The notes beneath the pieces were generated by a model. The model ran no database searches, had not been told where the DNA came from, and worked only from the letters and a program-made list of their open reading frames with translations. This document shows positions 1 through 11,383 of a DNA stretch of 64,000 nt, piece after piece; positions within the stretch are counted from its first letter, which is position 1; each line of letters begins with the position of its first letter. The stretch is from Squalus acanthias (Eukaryota): assembly GCA_030390025.1 (NCBI GenBank), contig CM059438.1, forward strand, positions 33,852,001 to 33,916,000, written 5' to 3'. The position numbers were made by a program, and so were the translations under genes.

Positions 1-1631
1 AACGACCTCACTCGGGTCGTCAGGGTGAGTGGCTTTTTTGCAATACCTCTCCATCCCTCCATCTCAACCTCACTCTATGGCCAGAGGGTGTTAAAACCCC
101 AATGCACAACACTCATCCAACACCTATGGCCCTTTCATGAAGCACACACACACATACCATACTTTGCATACAGTAAGGGCTATTCACCTATGGGAGGCAC
201 ATCAGGCAAGACCATGGCTGTATACAGTAAGGGCTATTCACCTATGGGAGGCACATCAGGCAAGACCATGACTGTATACAGTAAGGGCTATTCACCTATG
301 GGAGGCACATCAGGCAAGACCATGGCTGTATATTTACTCAGACGCCGTCCTTTTTCTTGCAGGCCAAGCTGGCGCATAATAGGAGACAGCAGCAACGGAC
401 AGGTGGAGGGCGGCCTCAGCTGCAACCCCTCAGCGATCTTGAGGAGCGCGTCCACAGGATTGTGGCAAGCCGGGTGATCGGTCCCGTCGCCACTGGAGAC
501 GCCGACCCCGTTCTGGACAGCAATGGTAAGGTCATCACCTTTTTGTCCTCTGTCCTTCCACTTGTCCCTCACAACACCAGCCTTTGACACTTTCAATCCA
601 ACTTACTAACTCGCTGCACTTATTCCTCCCTTACTGCCACCCTGTCCTCACGATAAAGCCACTCTTGTACCTCCCTGCTTTCAGATGGTGATTCACCAGC
701 TGAGGAGACGGGCCCTCAAGCTGCCAGTGGGAGTGAAGCTGCAGCCGAGGAGGAAGAGGAAGCCGGAGCATCAGTGCCACCCTCTCCCGAGGAAGCCCAT
801 GCCGACACTGGGAACACGCCTTCCCTGGAGGGGAGCAGGGGGGAAGGGTCTGATGAGGGTGAAGCTCCAGGACCCAGCGGGCTGCAGCAACGCGATGGGG
901 GTAGGGAAGCTCGGGGGCCTTCTCCCCGGAGGGAGAGTATGCCAGCGAGTCCTGCTGCACTGGACGCAGAGGAGGAGCGGCTGATCGCGGAAATGAACAC
1001 CCAGGCGGTGGGCATGCACACTGAGCTCATGGCTGCAGTGGGTAGGGTGCCCGAATGCATTGAAGCACTGGCAAGGAGTGTGGAGCACTTCGCTGCAGCG
1101 CAGGCGGATGCGACACTGAAGCTCAGTGCTGCAATTCAATCTCAGACTGCTCTCATGCAGACTCAGATTGAGGCCACGCGAGCACTGTCTGCTGCCATCC
1201 TCGCTGGTTCGTTCACATTTCCCCGGGGCTCTCACCGCGCCGCAGCTGGCCAGCAATCTGTGCTCCAGCAGATTGCTCCGGATGCTGAGGTGCTGCCCCG
1301 TGGGAGTGCCAGTGTGCCGGTCGAGCAGGGAGTTGCTGTCCTCGCTCAAGATGACAGCATTCCTGCTGCCACCACTGTCACTTCTCCACTGCAGTTGCCA
1401 CCGCCTGTAGGACAGACTGCTGCTGCCCATGCAGAGTTGGTGCAGTCTGCAGCCGGGCCCTCCAGGCCCAGAACTGGTCGAGGCCGTCCCTCAAGGGCAT
1501 CTGCATTGTCAGGGCCTGACAGTCAGCAGCCTTCCACCAGCCTTGCTGCAGCCACTGAGGTCCCATTGCGGAGGAGCAGTAGGGTAAGAAGGGGGGAAGG
1601 GCGCAAGGGAAGGAGTTCACCCTCGATGTAG
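1..1631 (+). CDS. Harbinger Myb/SANT-like DNA-binding protein, spliced: exon 1 end 1-24, exon 2 363-525, exon 3 685-1631
   Basis: NDLTRVVR|gtgagt; ttgcag|AKLAHNRR...DSN|gtaag; tttcag|DGDSP... in frame with ORF 774-1631; phases 0 and 1 are consistent. Confidence 0.85.
167..330 (+). repeat. Three tandem 54-bp repeats in intron 1 of the Myb gene (copy 1)
   Basis: cagtaagggctattcacctatgggaggcacatcaggcaagaccatg recurs at 171, 225 and 279. Confidence 0.95.
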
Positions 1632-1942
1632 GAGGTGTGACAAAATGCTGGTCATTTTTTTATTAAATGCCGAGGTTCGTGGTCAAACTTTTGTTGAGTG
1701 TTTTGCACATGATCTCCAGGTTGTGAGAACCAGTTATGGTAATGACTGTTTTTTTGTGTTTATTTGTATGAGTTTGTCATGAAGAAATGACACACACAGA
1801 GTTTGTAAAATAAATAAGTTTTGGTACTCAAAATATACATGTTTGGTGTTTGGAATCATTGGTGCCTTGGCCGGCTTAGGGGTTGCGTGTTGGGTTCATT
1901 CATGCTGTTCTCAATGGCAGAAGCCATTTCCACAGCAGGGGC

Positions 1943-3089
1943 CTAGAAGCGGCTTGCTATCAGCCGCTGACGGACGGCCCTTGCAGTTTCACCATTGTGG
2001 GCCGCCCTCACGCCTTGGTGCTGCTGCTGATCATCCTCCTCCTCCTCTTCCTCCTCCTCCTCTGGTGGTGCTCCAAGGCCTGGTGGCATTGGCTGGGTCC
2101 TGAGGATTGCCATGCAGCATGCAGCACACAACTACGATGTTGGAAACTCGCTCAGGCGAGTACTGCAGGGCTCCTCCAGAATGGTCGAGACAGCGGAACC
2201 GTTGCTTGAGCACGCCGATTGTGTGCTCCACGATGTTCCTGGTAGCTTGATGGCTCTCGTTGTACCGCAGCGCAGCAGGGGTGTTGGGCGTACGGAGCGG
2301 TGTCATCAGCCAGCTGCTCAGTGGATACCCCTTGTCCCCGAGAAGCCAACCAACTGGCTGATGCGGTGCCTCGAAAAGTTCTGCCATAGTAGTCTGGCGC
2401 AGGATGAAAGCATCGTGGCAGCTGCCAGGATACTGGGCATTGACAGCGAGTATCAGCTGTCTGTGGTCACAGACCAACTGAACATTCAAGGAATGGAACC
2501 CCTTTCTGTTCCGGAAATCCTCGGCATTCTCATGCGGAGCACGCAAAGCCACATGTGTGCAGTCAATGGCGCCCTGCACCATGGGGAAGCCCGCTATCCT
2601 CGCAAAGCCCAGAGCGCGTTCTTGCTGCTTGTCTGGGGTCATGGGGAAAGAGATGAACTCTCGTCTCCTTTTAAAGAGGGCATTTGTGACCTTCCTGATG
2701 CAGCAATGCACCGCGAACTGGAAGATATTGGCGATGTCCCCAACAGCAGATTGAAATGAGCCAGTAGCATAAAAGTTCAGAGCCACTGTGACCTTCACTG
2801 CCACCGACAGAGACGTCCTGGACCTCAGTTGAGGCTGCAGATCTGGCTGCAGCAGGTGGCAGAGCTCAGTGACCACCTCCTTGCTGAAGCGCAGCCTTCG
2901 CAGACACTGCTCCTCAGACATATGAATGTAGGAGAGCTGTTCACGATATACCCTGGGAGGGTAAGCTCTCCTGTACAGACGCCTGTTGGCCCTCCTCCGT
3001 CTGGCCATCATTGCCACTCTCTCTCTGCGTCTCTGTCTCCTCCGATTCAGCTGGCGCAGGACGACGCCCCCCATCAGTGCAGCCCCCAT
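1943..3089 (-). pseudogene. HARBI1-like (DDE_Tnp_4) Harbinger transposase with a 5-bp deletion frameshift near the C-terminus
   Basis: GAIDCTH / LLGDKGY / RNIVEHTIGVLKQRF motifs; compared with copy 2, tgcatgttgcacaacatggca is tgcatgctgcatggca (about 2111-2120); the original C-terminus survives in ORF 1943-2131. Confidence 0.9.
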
Positions 3090-3722
3090 ATCTCTTAGCA
3101 AGCAAAGTTATGAAGGCCAGAAACCAAAGTACCAGCGAAGTTAGGATGAGTAGCCAAAACTACCTCACACAGTGTTGACTCAATGCAGAAGTCTCTCTTT
3201 CTCTCTCTCCGAATCTCTCTCTCTCTCTCTCAGAACGAGTGGTGCAAAAATGTCCACCACAGAGAAAGACAGGAAGAGGCCCCCTTTAAATAGCGCCCCC
3301 CCAGCCCCACAGCGATTGATAGCGTTCCAGTCTTCCGGTCGTTGGATGCGCCAGGCGGTAAGGATGGGGGCGCCACTGAAATTCTGCTCCGGGGCGCCAC
3401 AAGGGCGTTGCACTCTTGTATGACATCACAATCTGCGCGCGCAGGAGACCGCGGCGATAAAGTTTAGCACCGCCGCAAAATGTCTAGTTAAGTTCCCGAG
3501 CGGCGCAAACATCGCCGCACCCGGGCGTTAGCTGCTTTGCGCCCCATTAGCGCCCTCTTAAGGCGCTAACGGGAGGTGCAACCAACTGAATTTTTCCCCC
3601 TAAGGCTCCTGCTTTGGAAATCCCACCCCGGCTGTCTGCGCTCCAGCATGGGATGCAAATCGTGCTGGGAGCTCACTAAAAGTAAGTAAATGAGGAGTCA
3701 ACAGAAGACTTTCCGTGAGCTT

Positions 3723-3945
3723 GCACTGCCGGTGTACGCTCGCACTGCCGGTGTACGCTCGCACTGCCGGTGTACGCTCGCACTGCCGGTGTACGCTCAC
3801 ACTGTTGGTGTACGCTCGCACTGCCGGTGTACGCTCGCACTGCCGGTGTACGCTCGCACTGCCGGTGTACGCTCGCACTGCCGGTGTACGCTCGCACTGC
3901 CGGTGTACGCTCGCACTGTCGGTGTACGCGCGCACTGCCGGTGTG
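3723..3945. repeat. 19-bp minisatellite (gcactgccggtgtacgctc), about 12 copies
   Basis: Exact 19-bp period with few substitutions and no spacers. Confidence 0.95.
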
Positions 3946-5314
3946 CCCATACTAGTTTCAGCCCCCGATTTCATTATTCAGTCCATATGGTTGAATTTAT
4001 TCTGTCATCAGGTTAGAAGGGAATAGGAATAGTTCCATTGCTCAGGATCACAGTCTGTGAAATCAAAGTGATTTCAGCCTTAAATAAATGAGAAATAAAA
4101 TCACAATCCACATATTGGTTGGTACGAAAGATGCATCTTTGTTAAATTAAAGCCTTAGCCCACTTGACAGAAGGCATGTGGACCTCCTGATAACACTATT
4201 AGCACTGCCAGTTACATGGTGGACTCTATTTCTAGCTTTGTAGTCTGTGATTGATATTGTAAACAGCAAGAATGTGATTGGAAGGAATGAAAATCACTCT
4301 CCTATAAGGTCAGAACTGCTGGGCCTGCACTACTGAAAAGGGAACTGGTTGCAAAATAAAACAAATAGAAATACAGGAAATATTTTCAAAAATCACTCAT
4401 CTGAAAACAAAGACAGCTCGAGGGTAAGAAAAAATAAAGGTAAAAAGAGCCCAAATGAAGCAGACTAGAGCAGCAAAGGAGTTCTCAGTTAGAATTGAGA
4501 ATATCAATACCAACAAGAATTGAGTTTATTTGCCTTTATTTTTACCCCAATTTTATTCCCTCCTCTCCTGAAGCTACTACTGTAGGTTTTTAGGTATATT
4601 TGGGCTTCGTGGGGGGCCAGGTTTTGTACCTGGTCAATTTGCACCTGATGTCGGGAGCTCCCCTTGAATTGGGGGCGGGGGTAGGGGTGGGCACTTAAAT
4701 GGTTGCTGACAAAGAATGATGGGAACATTCAAAGAAATTATTGCACATGGTAACAAAAATTGTGTTACTCTTCAAAAAGACTAGGGTCTGGAAATTCCTG
4801 GGGTTGGAGAGGAAAGCCCAATTTTTGGCTGGGGTGGGGGTGGGGGTGGTGCGAAGCCATGAATATGGGGTGGAACTTGGTTATGCCAGGATTCTGGCCA
4901 TTCCACTGGCCCTTTAAATTCTGGTGGGGAGGGACCGTTCCCCCCTCCCATAGTCAAATGGGGGTGTTTGGGGGAAGCTTCCATGCTACCCCAGGGATTC
5001 CACCCTTTATGCCCTCCATAATCCTGCGTGGAACCTATGCCCCAAGCCTTTAGTAGGGAAAGGTAAACAATTCCAGAGGAATCGATTACCTTCCCCTAGA
5101 AACCTGTTCTCTCCTTTGGGGGCAAGAGATGTGATGAAAAGGATTTTCTCCGGGGCTTCACCCAGCCTCCTCTCTGCCATCAGATTGGCACGGTGCCACT
5201 CTGACATTCCAGCTAATGGTTGGGACGGGCACAACTGAACTGCCCTTGCTGGCACGACGCACCCATCCTGGCCAAGCAATCACAAATTTGGATGTCAAGC
5301 AGCTTTGCTTTAAC

Positions 5315-6299
5315 ACATGAGATTTGGCAGATGGAATACAATACTGGAAATTGTGAGGTTATGCACTTTGGCAGGAAAAATCCTAGAGCAAGTTATTATC
5401 TTAATGGCAAGAAACTGGAAAGTACTGAAGTACAAAGGGATCTGGGGGTCCTGGTGCACGAAACTCAAAAGGTTAGTATGCAGCTGCAGCAAGTGATTAA
5501 GAAGGCCAATGGAATGTTGGCTTTCATTGCTAGGGGGATAGAATATAAAAATAGGGAGGTATTGCTTCAGTTGTACAAGGTATTGGTGAGACCGCACCTG
5601 GAATACTGCATACAGTTTTGGTGTCCATACTTAAGAAAAGACATACTTGCTGTCGAGTCAGTACAAAGAAGGTTCACTCGGTTAATCCCGGGGATGAGGG
5701 GATGGACATATGAGGAGAGGTTGGGTAGATTGGGACTCTACTCATTGGAGTTCAGAAGAATGAGAGGCGATCTTATTGAAACATATAAGATTGTGAAGGG
5801 GTTGGATCGGGTGGATGCGGGGAGGATGTTCCCGATGATGGGTGAAACTAGAACTAGGGGGCATAGTCTTAGAATAAGGGGCTGCTCTTTCAAAACTGAG
5901 ATGAGAAGGAACGACTTCACTCAGAGGGTGGTAGGTCCATGGAATATGCTGCCCCAAAAAGCTGTAGAAGCTACATCATTACATAAATTTAAAACAGAAA
6001 TAGACAGTTTCCTAGAAGTAAAGGGAATTAAGGGTTACGGGGAGCGGGCAGGAATTTGGACATGAGTCTAGGTTCGGATCGGTCATGGCCCTGTGGGTAG
6101 CGTAGCGGGCCCAGGGGCCGTGTAGCCTGATCCTGCTCCAATTTCGTGTGTGCAATTCTGTTAGGTTCAGGAGATGGTTCTGTGATAGTAGATTGGCGGT
6201 TAGGATCAGATCAGCCATGATCTTATTGAATGGCGGAGCAGGCTCGAGGGGCCAATTGGCCTACTCCTGCTCCTATTTCTTATGTTCTTATGTTCTTAT
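5315..6299 (+). mobile_element. CR1 LINE 3' fragment (RT C-terminus and 3' UTR)
   Basis: WQMEYN...LVRPHLEYC.QFW.P...RRMRGDLIE; (ttcttatg)n tail. Confidence 0.92.
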
Positions 6300-6552
6300 T
6301 TGCATAATCACAAATGTAAAATCTTCCAGGAACCAGTGCAACCAGGCAGCGTAATAAAACGTAATGGTTTATTTTTTCCTTGCATTAAAAGATATTCCTT
6401 GATGTATTTAAGAGTGGTAACAAGGTGCACTTGTATTAATAGAGGTGAAAATGGGTTTATCACAAAAAATAAGCATTTTTAATGAGAGTGTCGAGTCCAT
6501 CACCTGTGAGTAACCTGATTTTAAATAGCTGAAAATAACTTTTAAAAACTTT

Positions 6553-8002
6553 TTTTCAGTCGTTCATGGGATGTGGGCGTCGCTGGCAAGGTCAGCATTT
6601 ATTGTCCATCCCTAATTGTCCTCGAGAAGGTGGTGGTGAGTCGCCTTCTTGAACCGCTGCAGTCCGTGTGGTGAAGTTACTCCCACAGTGCTGTTAGGGA
6701 GGGGGTGCCAGGATTTTGACCCAGCGACGATGAACGAACGGCGATATATTTCCAAGTCAGAATGATGTGTGACTTGGGAGGCCAATTTGGAGGTGGTGGT
6801 GTTCCCATGCGCCTGCTGCCCTTGTCTTTCTAGGTGGTAGAGGTCGGGGGTTTGGGTGGTGCTGCTGAAGAAGCCTTGGCGAGTTGCTGCAGTGCATCTT
6901 GTAGATGGTACACACTGCAGCCACGGTACGCCGGTGGTGGAGGGAGTGAATGTTTAAGATGGCGGATGGGGTGTCAATCAAGCAGGCTGCTTTGTCCTGG
7001 ATGGTGTCGAGCTTCTTGAGTGTTGTTAGAGCTGCACTCATCCAGGCAAGTGGAGAGTATTCCATCACACTCTTGACTTGTGCATTGTAGATGGTGGAAA
7101 GGCTTTGGGGAGTCAGGAGGTGAGACACTCGCCGCAGAATACCCAGCCTCTGACTTGCTCTTGTAGCCACAGTATTTACGTGGCTGGTCCAGTTAAGTTT
7201 CTAGTCAATGGTGACCCCCAGAATGTTGATGGTGGAGGATTCGGCGATGGTAATGCCGTTGAAAGTCAAGGGGCGGGTGTTAGATTCTCTCTTGTTGGAG
7301 GTGGTCATTGTCTGGCACTTGTGTGGTACGAATGTTACTTGCCACTTATCAGCCTAAGCCTGAATGTTGTCCAGGTCTTACTGCATGCGGACACAGACTG
7401 CTTCATTATCTGAGCAGTTGCCAAATGGAAGTGAACACTGTGCAATCATCAGCAAACATCCCCACTTCTGACCTTATAATGGAGGAAAGCTCATTGATGA
7501 AGCAGCTGAAGATGGTTGGGCCTAAGACACTGCCCTGAGGAACTCCTGCAGTGATGTCCTGGGGCTGAGATGATTGGCCTCCAACAACCACAACCATCTT
7601 CCTTTGTGTTAGGTATGACTGCAGCCAGTGAAGAGTTTTGCCCCTGATTCCCATTGACTTCAGTTTTACTAGGGCTTCTTGATGCCACACTCGGTCAAAT
7701 GCTGCCTTGATGTCAAGGGCAGTCACTCTTACCTCACCTCTGGAATTCAGTTCTTTTGTCCATGTTTGGGCCAAGGCTGTAATGAGGTCTGCAGCCAAGT
7801 GGTCCTGGCGGAACCCAAACTGGGCATTGGTGGTCGGTTATTGGTGAGTAAGTGCAGCTTGATAGCACTGTTGATGACACCTTCCATCACTTTGCTGATG
7901 ATTAAGCGCAGACTGATATGGCGGTAATGGGCCGGATTGGATTCGTCCTGCTTTTTGTGGACAGGACATACCTGGGCAATTTTCCACATTGTTGGGTAGA
8001 TG
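6553..8002 (-). mobile_element. Non-LTR retrotransposon (CR1/L2 group) RT fragment, frameshifted
   Basis: [23 protein letters not shown] and MFADD motifs across ORFs 7747-7989, 7406-7798 and 6757-7170. Confidence 0.85.
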
Positions 8003-9928
8003 CTATACTACACTGAACCATTTACTAGTTTCATTGGTTTACACAAAACTTTTAAAACGTGCCTACTAGTGCCTATGGGACTAAAAAACAAGCTTAATTT
8101 GAAGAGCCGCCTCAAACGGTTTAAAATGGACGCAATCGGCGGATACTCGTCTTGCTTTTTATGTTGATCTGGGGACAAGGCCAGTTTTGTGGGCGGGGCC
8201 AGCTTCCAGCACGATGTTTTTTAAACCAGCATTAAAGATCGTGGAAACTCGATTTACACTCAATGAAATTTGCGCTTAAAATTCCTCGATCTTTTACGCT
8301 GCTTAACCAAGTTCAGGCAAATTGCGGAAACTCTAGGCCCATATGTGTACACTAGGTCTACATCAGTCCTTAAGTTAACAGTTGAAAACCGATATACATG
8401 TTGCTTTCATTTTTAAATTATCCACAATTTGCATGGGGCAGAATGCCACGAGAGCCAGGTTACTCCCCAAATTCCAGACTACAAAATTAACATCATTTAA
8501 TTAGTCTTAATCACAACCTTAAATGAGGCACCACTTTTATGATGGGTGCATTCTACATCCTGGTGCCCAATCGGAGTTTTTGGGCCCAATTAATATGCTA
8601 CAAACTTGTCATTTAATTAATCACAACCTTTAATCAGGTACCACTTTTATTTTAACTTGAGGGAGAAACCTGGATTAAATTGCTGTTGATCTGTGCTTTG
8701 CTAATGTTCAGGATGTTCATAGTTTCAAGATAATTTGCAAACCAGCATGTTAATCGCTTCCATTTTAACTTCCTACAATTTTTGTATATGCATCAAATCA
8801 GAGACGGCCATGTCCTCCATACTGCATCAGCACAGTTTGAACATAAACTTCCAGTAATATAATTATTTATAATATAATTCACACTAATTAAAAAGTTTTT
8901 TGCAAGAGCAGATGGACCTGTTAGATAATACACTAATGAAAGAGCTCCATCTGCTACAGCGGACACCTTTACACAAGGAAGTGAATATGTAAGCAATGGT
9001 GCATTGACAATTATCTTACATAATGTGAAAAGGTCATTTTTTCCTGTCCGTACGAAGAACACTTTTTTGTGGCAATGAGAGAATTTGTAATACATCACTT
9101 GTACTTCCATATGAATTTTCGATAACAAGCCTCGTGAGAAGAAAAACAAAACTAAAAATAGTAACCGAGTTAACACTGAAGAAAACAGAAAGCAGCAAAA
9201 CGCTGGCAAGAAAATGATACATGTGACATAATAAAATCAAAATAAATAGAAACATGATAGAGGTACAGCAGGGAGCTAAATAATGAGCAAAAATGGATCA
9301 GGCATACAGAGCAAAAAGATGGACTGGAACAATTAGCAAATGTGCACATAGATAGGTACACCTTCCATTGGTGAAGATTTACCTATATTGCAAATAAAAT
9401 CTTATTAAAACATATTGGGGTAAAAATTCACTTGGTTGTGCCTCCCGTTAGCGCCTTAAGAGGGCGCTAATGGGGCGTTAAGCCGCTAACGCCCGGGCGC
9501 AGCGCTGTTTGCGCCGCTCGAGAACTTAACTTGAGATTGTGCGGCGGCGCTAAAACTTACCGCTGCGACCACCTGCGCGCGCAGATTGTGACGTCATTCC
9601 ATGGTGCAACGCCCTTGGGGCGCCCCGGAGCGGAAATTGAGTGGCGCCCCCTGCCTTACCGCCTGGTGCTTCCAACGACCGGAAGACTGGAACGTTATCA
9701 ATCGGTGTGGGGCTGGGGGGGGCGCTATTTAAAGGGGGCCTCTTCCTGTCTTTTTCTGTGGTCGACATTTATGCACCACTCGTTCTGAGAGAGAGAGAGA
9801 GATTCGGAGAGAGAGAGAGAGAGACTTCTACATTGACTCAACGCTTTGTGAGGTAGTTTTGCCTAGTTCATCCTAACTTTGTTGCTACTTTAGTTGCTGT
9901 ACCTCATTACTTTTCTGGCAAAGAGAAT

Positions 9929-11089
9929 ATGGGGGCTGCAATGATTGGGGGCGTCGTCCTGCTCCAGCTGAATCGGAGGATACTGAGACGCAGACAGAGA
10001 GTGGCAATGATGGCCAGACGGAGGAGGGCCATCAGGCGCATGTACAGGAGAGCTTACCCTCCCAGGGTATATCGTGAACAGCTCTCCTACATCCATATGT
10101 CCGAGGAGCTGTGTTTGCGAAGGCTGCGATTCAGCAAGGAGGTGGTCACTGAGCTCTGCCACCTGCTGCAGCCAGATCTGCAGCCTCAGCTGAGGTCCAG
10201 GACGTCTCTGTCGGTGGCAGTGAAGGTCACAGTGGCTTTGAACTTCTATGCCACTGGCTCATTCCAAGCTGCTGTTGGGGACCTCGCCAATATCTCCCAG
10301 TTTGCGGTGCATCGCTGCATCCGGCAGGTCACCAATGCCCTCTTCAGAAGGAGACGAGACTTCATCTTTTTCCCTATGACCCCAGACAAGCAGCGTGACC
10401 GTGCTCTGGGCTTTGCGAGGGTAGCGGGCTTCCCCATGGTGCAGGGCACCATTGACTGCACGCATGTGGCTTTGCGTGCTCCGCGAGAGAATGCAGAGGA
10501 ATTCAGGAACAGAAAGGGGTTCCATTCCTTGAATGTGCAGTTGGTCTGTGACCACAGACAGGTGATACTCGCTGTCAATGCCCACTATCCGGGCAGCTGC
10601 CACGATGCTTTCATCCTGCGCCAGACTACTGTGGCAGAAGTTTTCGAGGCACCGCATCAGCCAGTTGGTTGGCTTCTGGGGGACAAGGGGTACGCATTGA
10701 GCACCTGGCTGATGACACCGCTCCGTACGCCAAACACCCCTGCTGAGCTGCGGTACAATGAAAGCCATCAAGCAACCAGGAACATTATTGAGCGCACAAT
10801 CGGCGTGCTGAAACAACGGTTCCGCTGTCTGGACCATTCCGGAGGAGCCCTGCAGTACTCGCCTGAGCAAGTTTCGAACTTCGTAGTCGTGTGCTGCATG
10901 TTGCACAACATGGCAATCCTCAGGACCCAGCCAATGCCACCAGGCCTTGTAGCACCACCAGAGGAGGAGGAGGAAGAGGAGGAACAGGACGAGGACGATG
11001 ATCATCAGCAGCACCAAGGCAGGAGGGCGGCCCACAATGGTCAAACTGCAAGGGCCGTCCGTCAACGACTAATAGCAAGCCGCTTCTAG
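9929..11089 (+). CDS. Intact HARBI1-like Harbinger DDE transposase, 386 aa, single exon
   Basis: Uninterrupted ORF; GTIDCTH, GDKGY and RNIIERTIGVLKQRF catalytic motifs; CCMLHN; Arg-rich N-terminus and acidic C-terminal tract. Confidence 0.95.
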   Translation: MGAAMIGGVVLLQLNRRILRRRQRVAMMARRRRAIRRMYRRAYPPRVYREQLSYIHMSEELCLRRLRFSKEVVTELCHLLQPDLQPQLRSRTSLSVAVKVTVALNFYATGSFQAAVGDLANISQFAVHRCIRQVTNALFRRRRDFIFFPMTPDKQRDRALGFARVAGFPMVQGTIDCTHVALRAPRENAEEFRNRKGFHSLNVQLVCDHRQVILAVNAHYPGSCHDAFILRQTTVAEVFEAPHQPVGWLLGDKGYALSTWLMTPLRTPNTPAELRYNESHQATRNIIERTIGVLKQRFRCLDHSGGALQYSPEQVSNFVVVCCMLHNMAILRTQPMPPGLVAPPEEEEEEEEQDEDDDHQQHQGRRAAHNGQTARAVRQRLIASRF

Positions 11090-11383
11090 GGCCCCTGCCA
11101 TTGCTACAAACACTAATCAACCCAGCACGCAACCCCTAAGCCGGCCAAGGCACCAATAATTCCAACCACCAGCCATGTATATTTTGAATACAGAAACTTA
11201 TTTATTTTACAAACTCTGTGTGTGTCAATTCCTCATGACAAACTCATAGAAATAAACACAAAAAAACAGTCAATAACATAACTGGTTCTCACAACCTGGA
11301 GATAATGTCCAAAACACTAAACAAAAGTTGGACCATGAACCTCGGCCTTTAATAAAAAAATGACCAGCATTTTGGCACACCTC

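Larger units (their letters stand above)
1..3600. mobile_element. PIF/Harbinger DNA transposon, copy 1 (left part outside the window), inverted relative to copy 2
   Basis: Convergent Myb/SANT and DDE transposase genes; terminus GAATTTTTCCCCC at 3600 followed by TAA; colinear reverse-complement homology to 9417-13047. Confidence 0.93.

Noticed and set aside
2112-2759. Long antisense ORFs over the transposases (also 10259-11065)
   Set aside because: Shadow ORFs of GC-rich coding sequence; no motifs, and endpoints differ between the copies
3723-3945. Possible CRISPR-like array
   Set aside because: Contiguous 19-bp units without spacers, no cas genes, eukaryotic context
8793-9209. 138-aa minus-strand ORF containing GLL..., a candidate downstream TdT exon
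   Set aside because: No DHFQKCF, RVDLV or LLGWTGS similarity; AT-rich chance ORF
9929-11089. Host domesticated HARBI1 gene
   Set aside because: Flanked by TIRs and a TSD, multi-copy, and paired with a transposon Myb gene, so it is a transposon ORF
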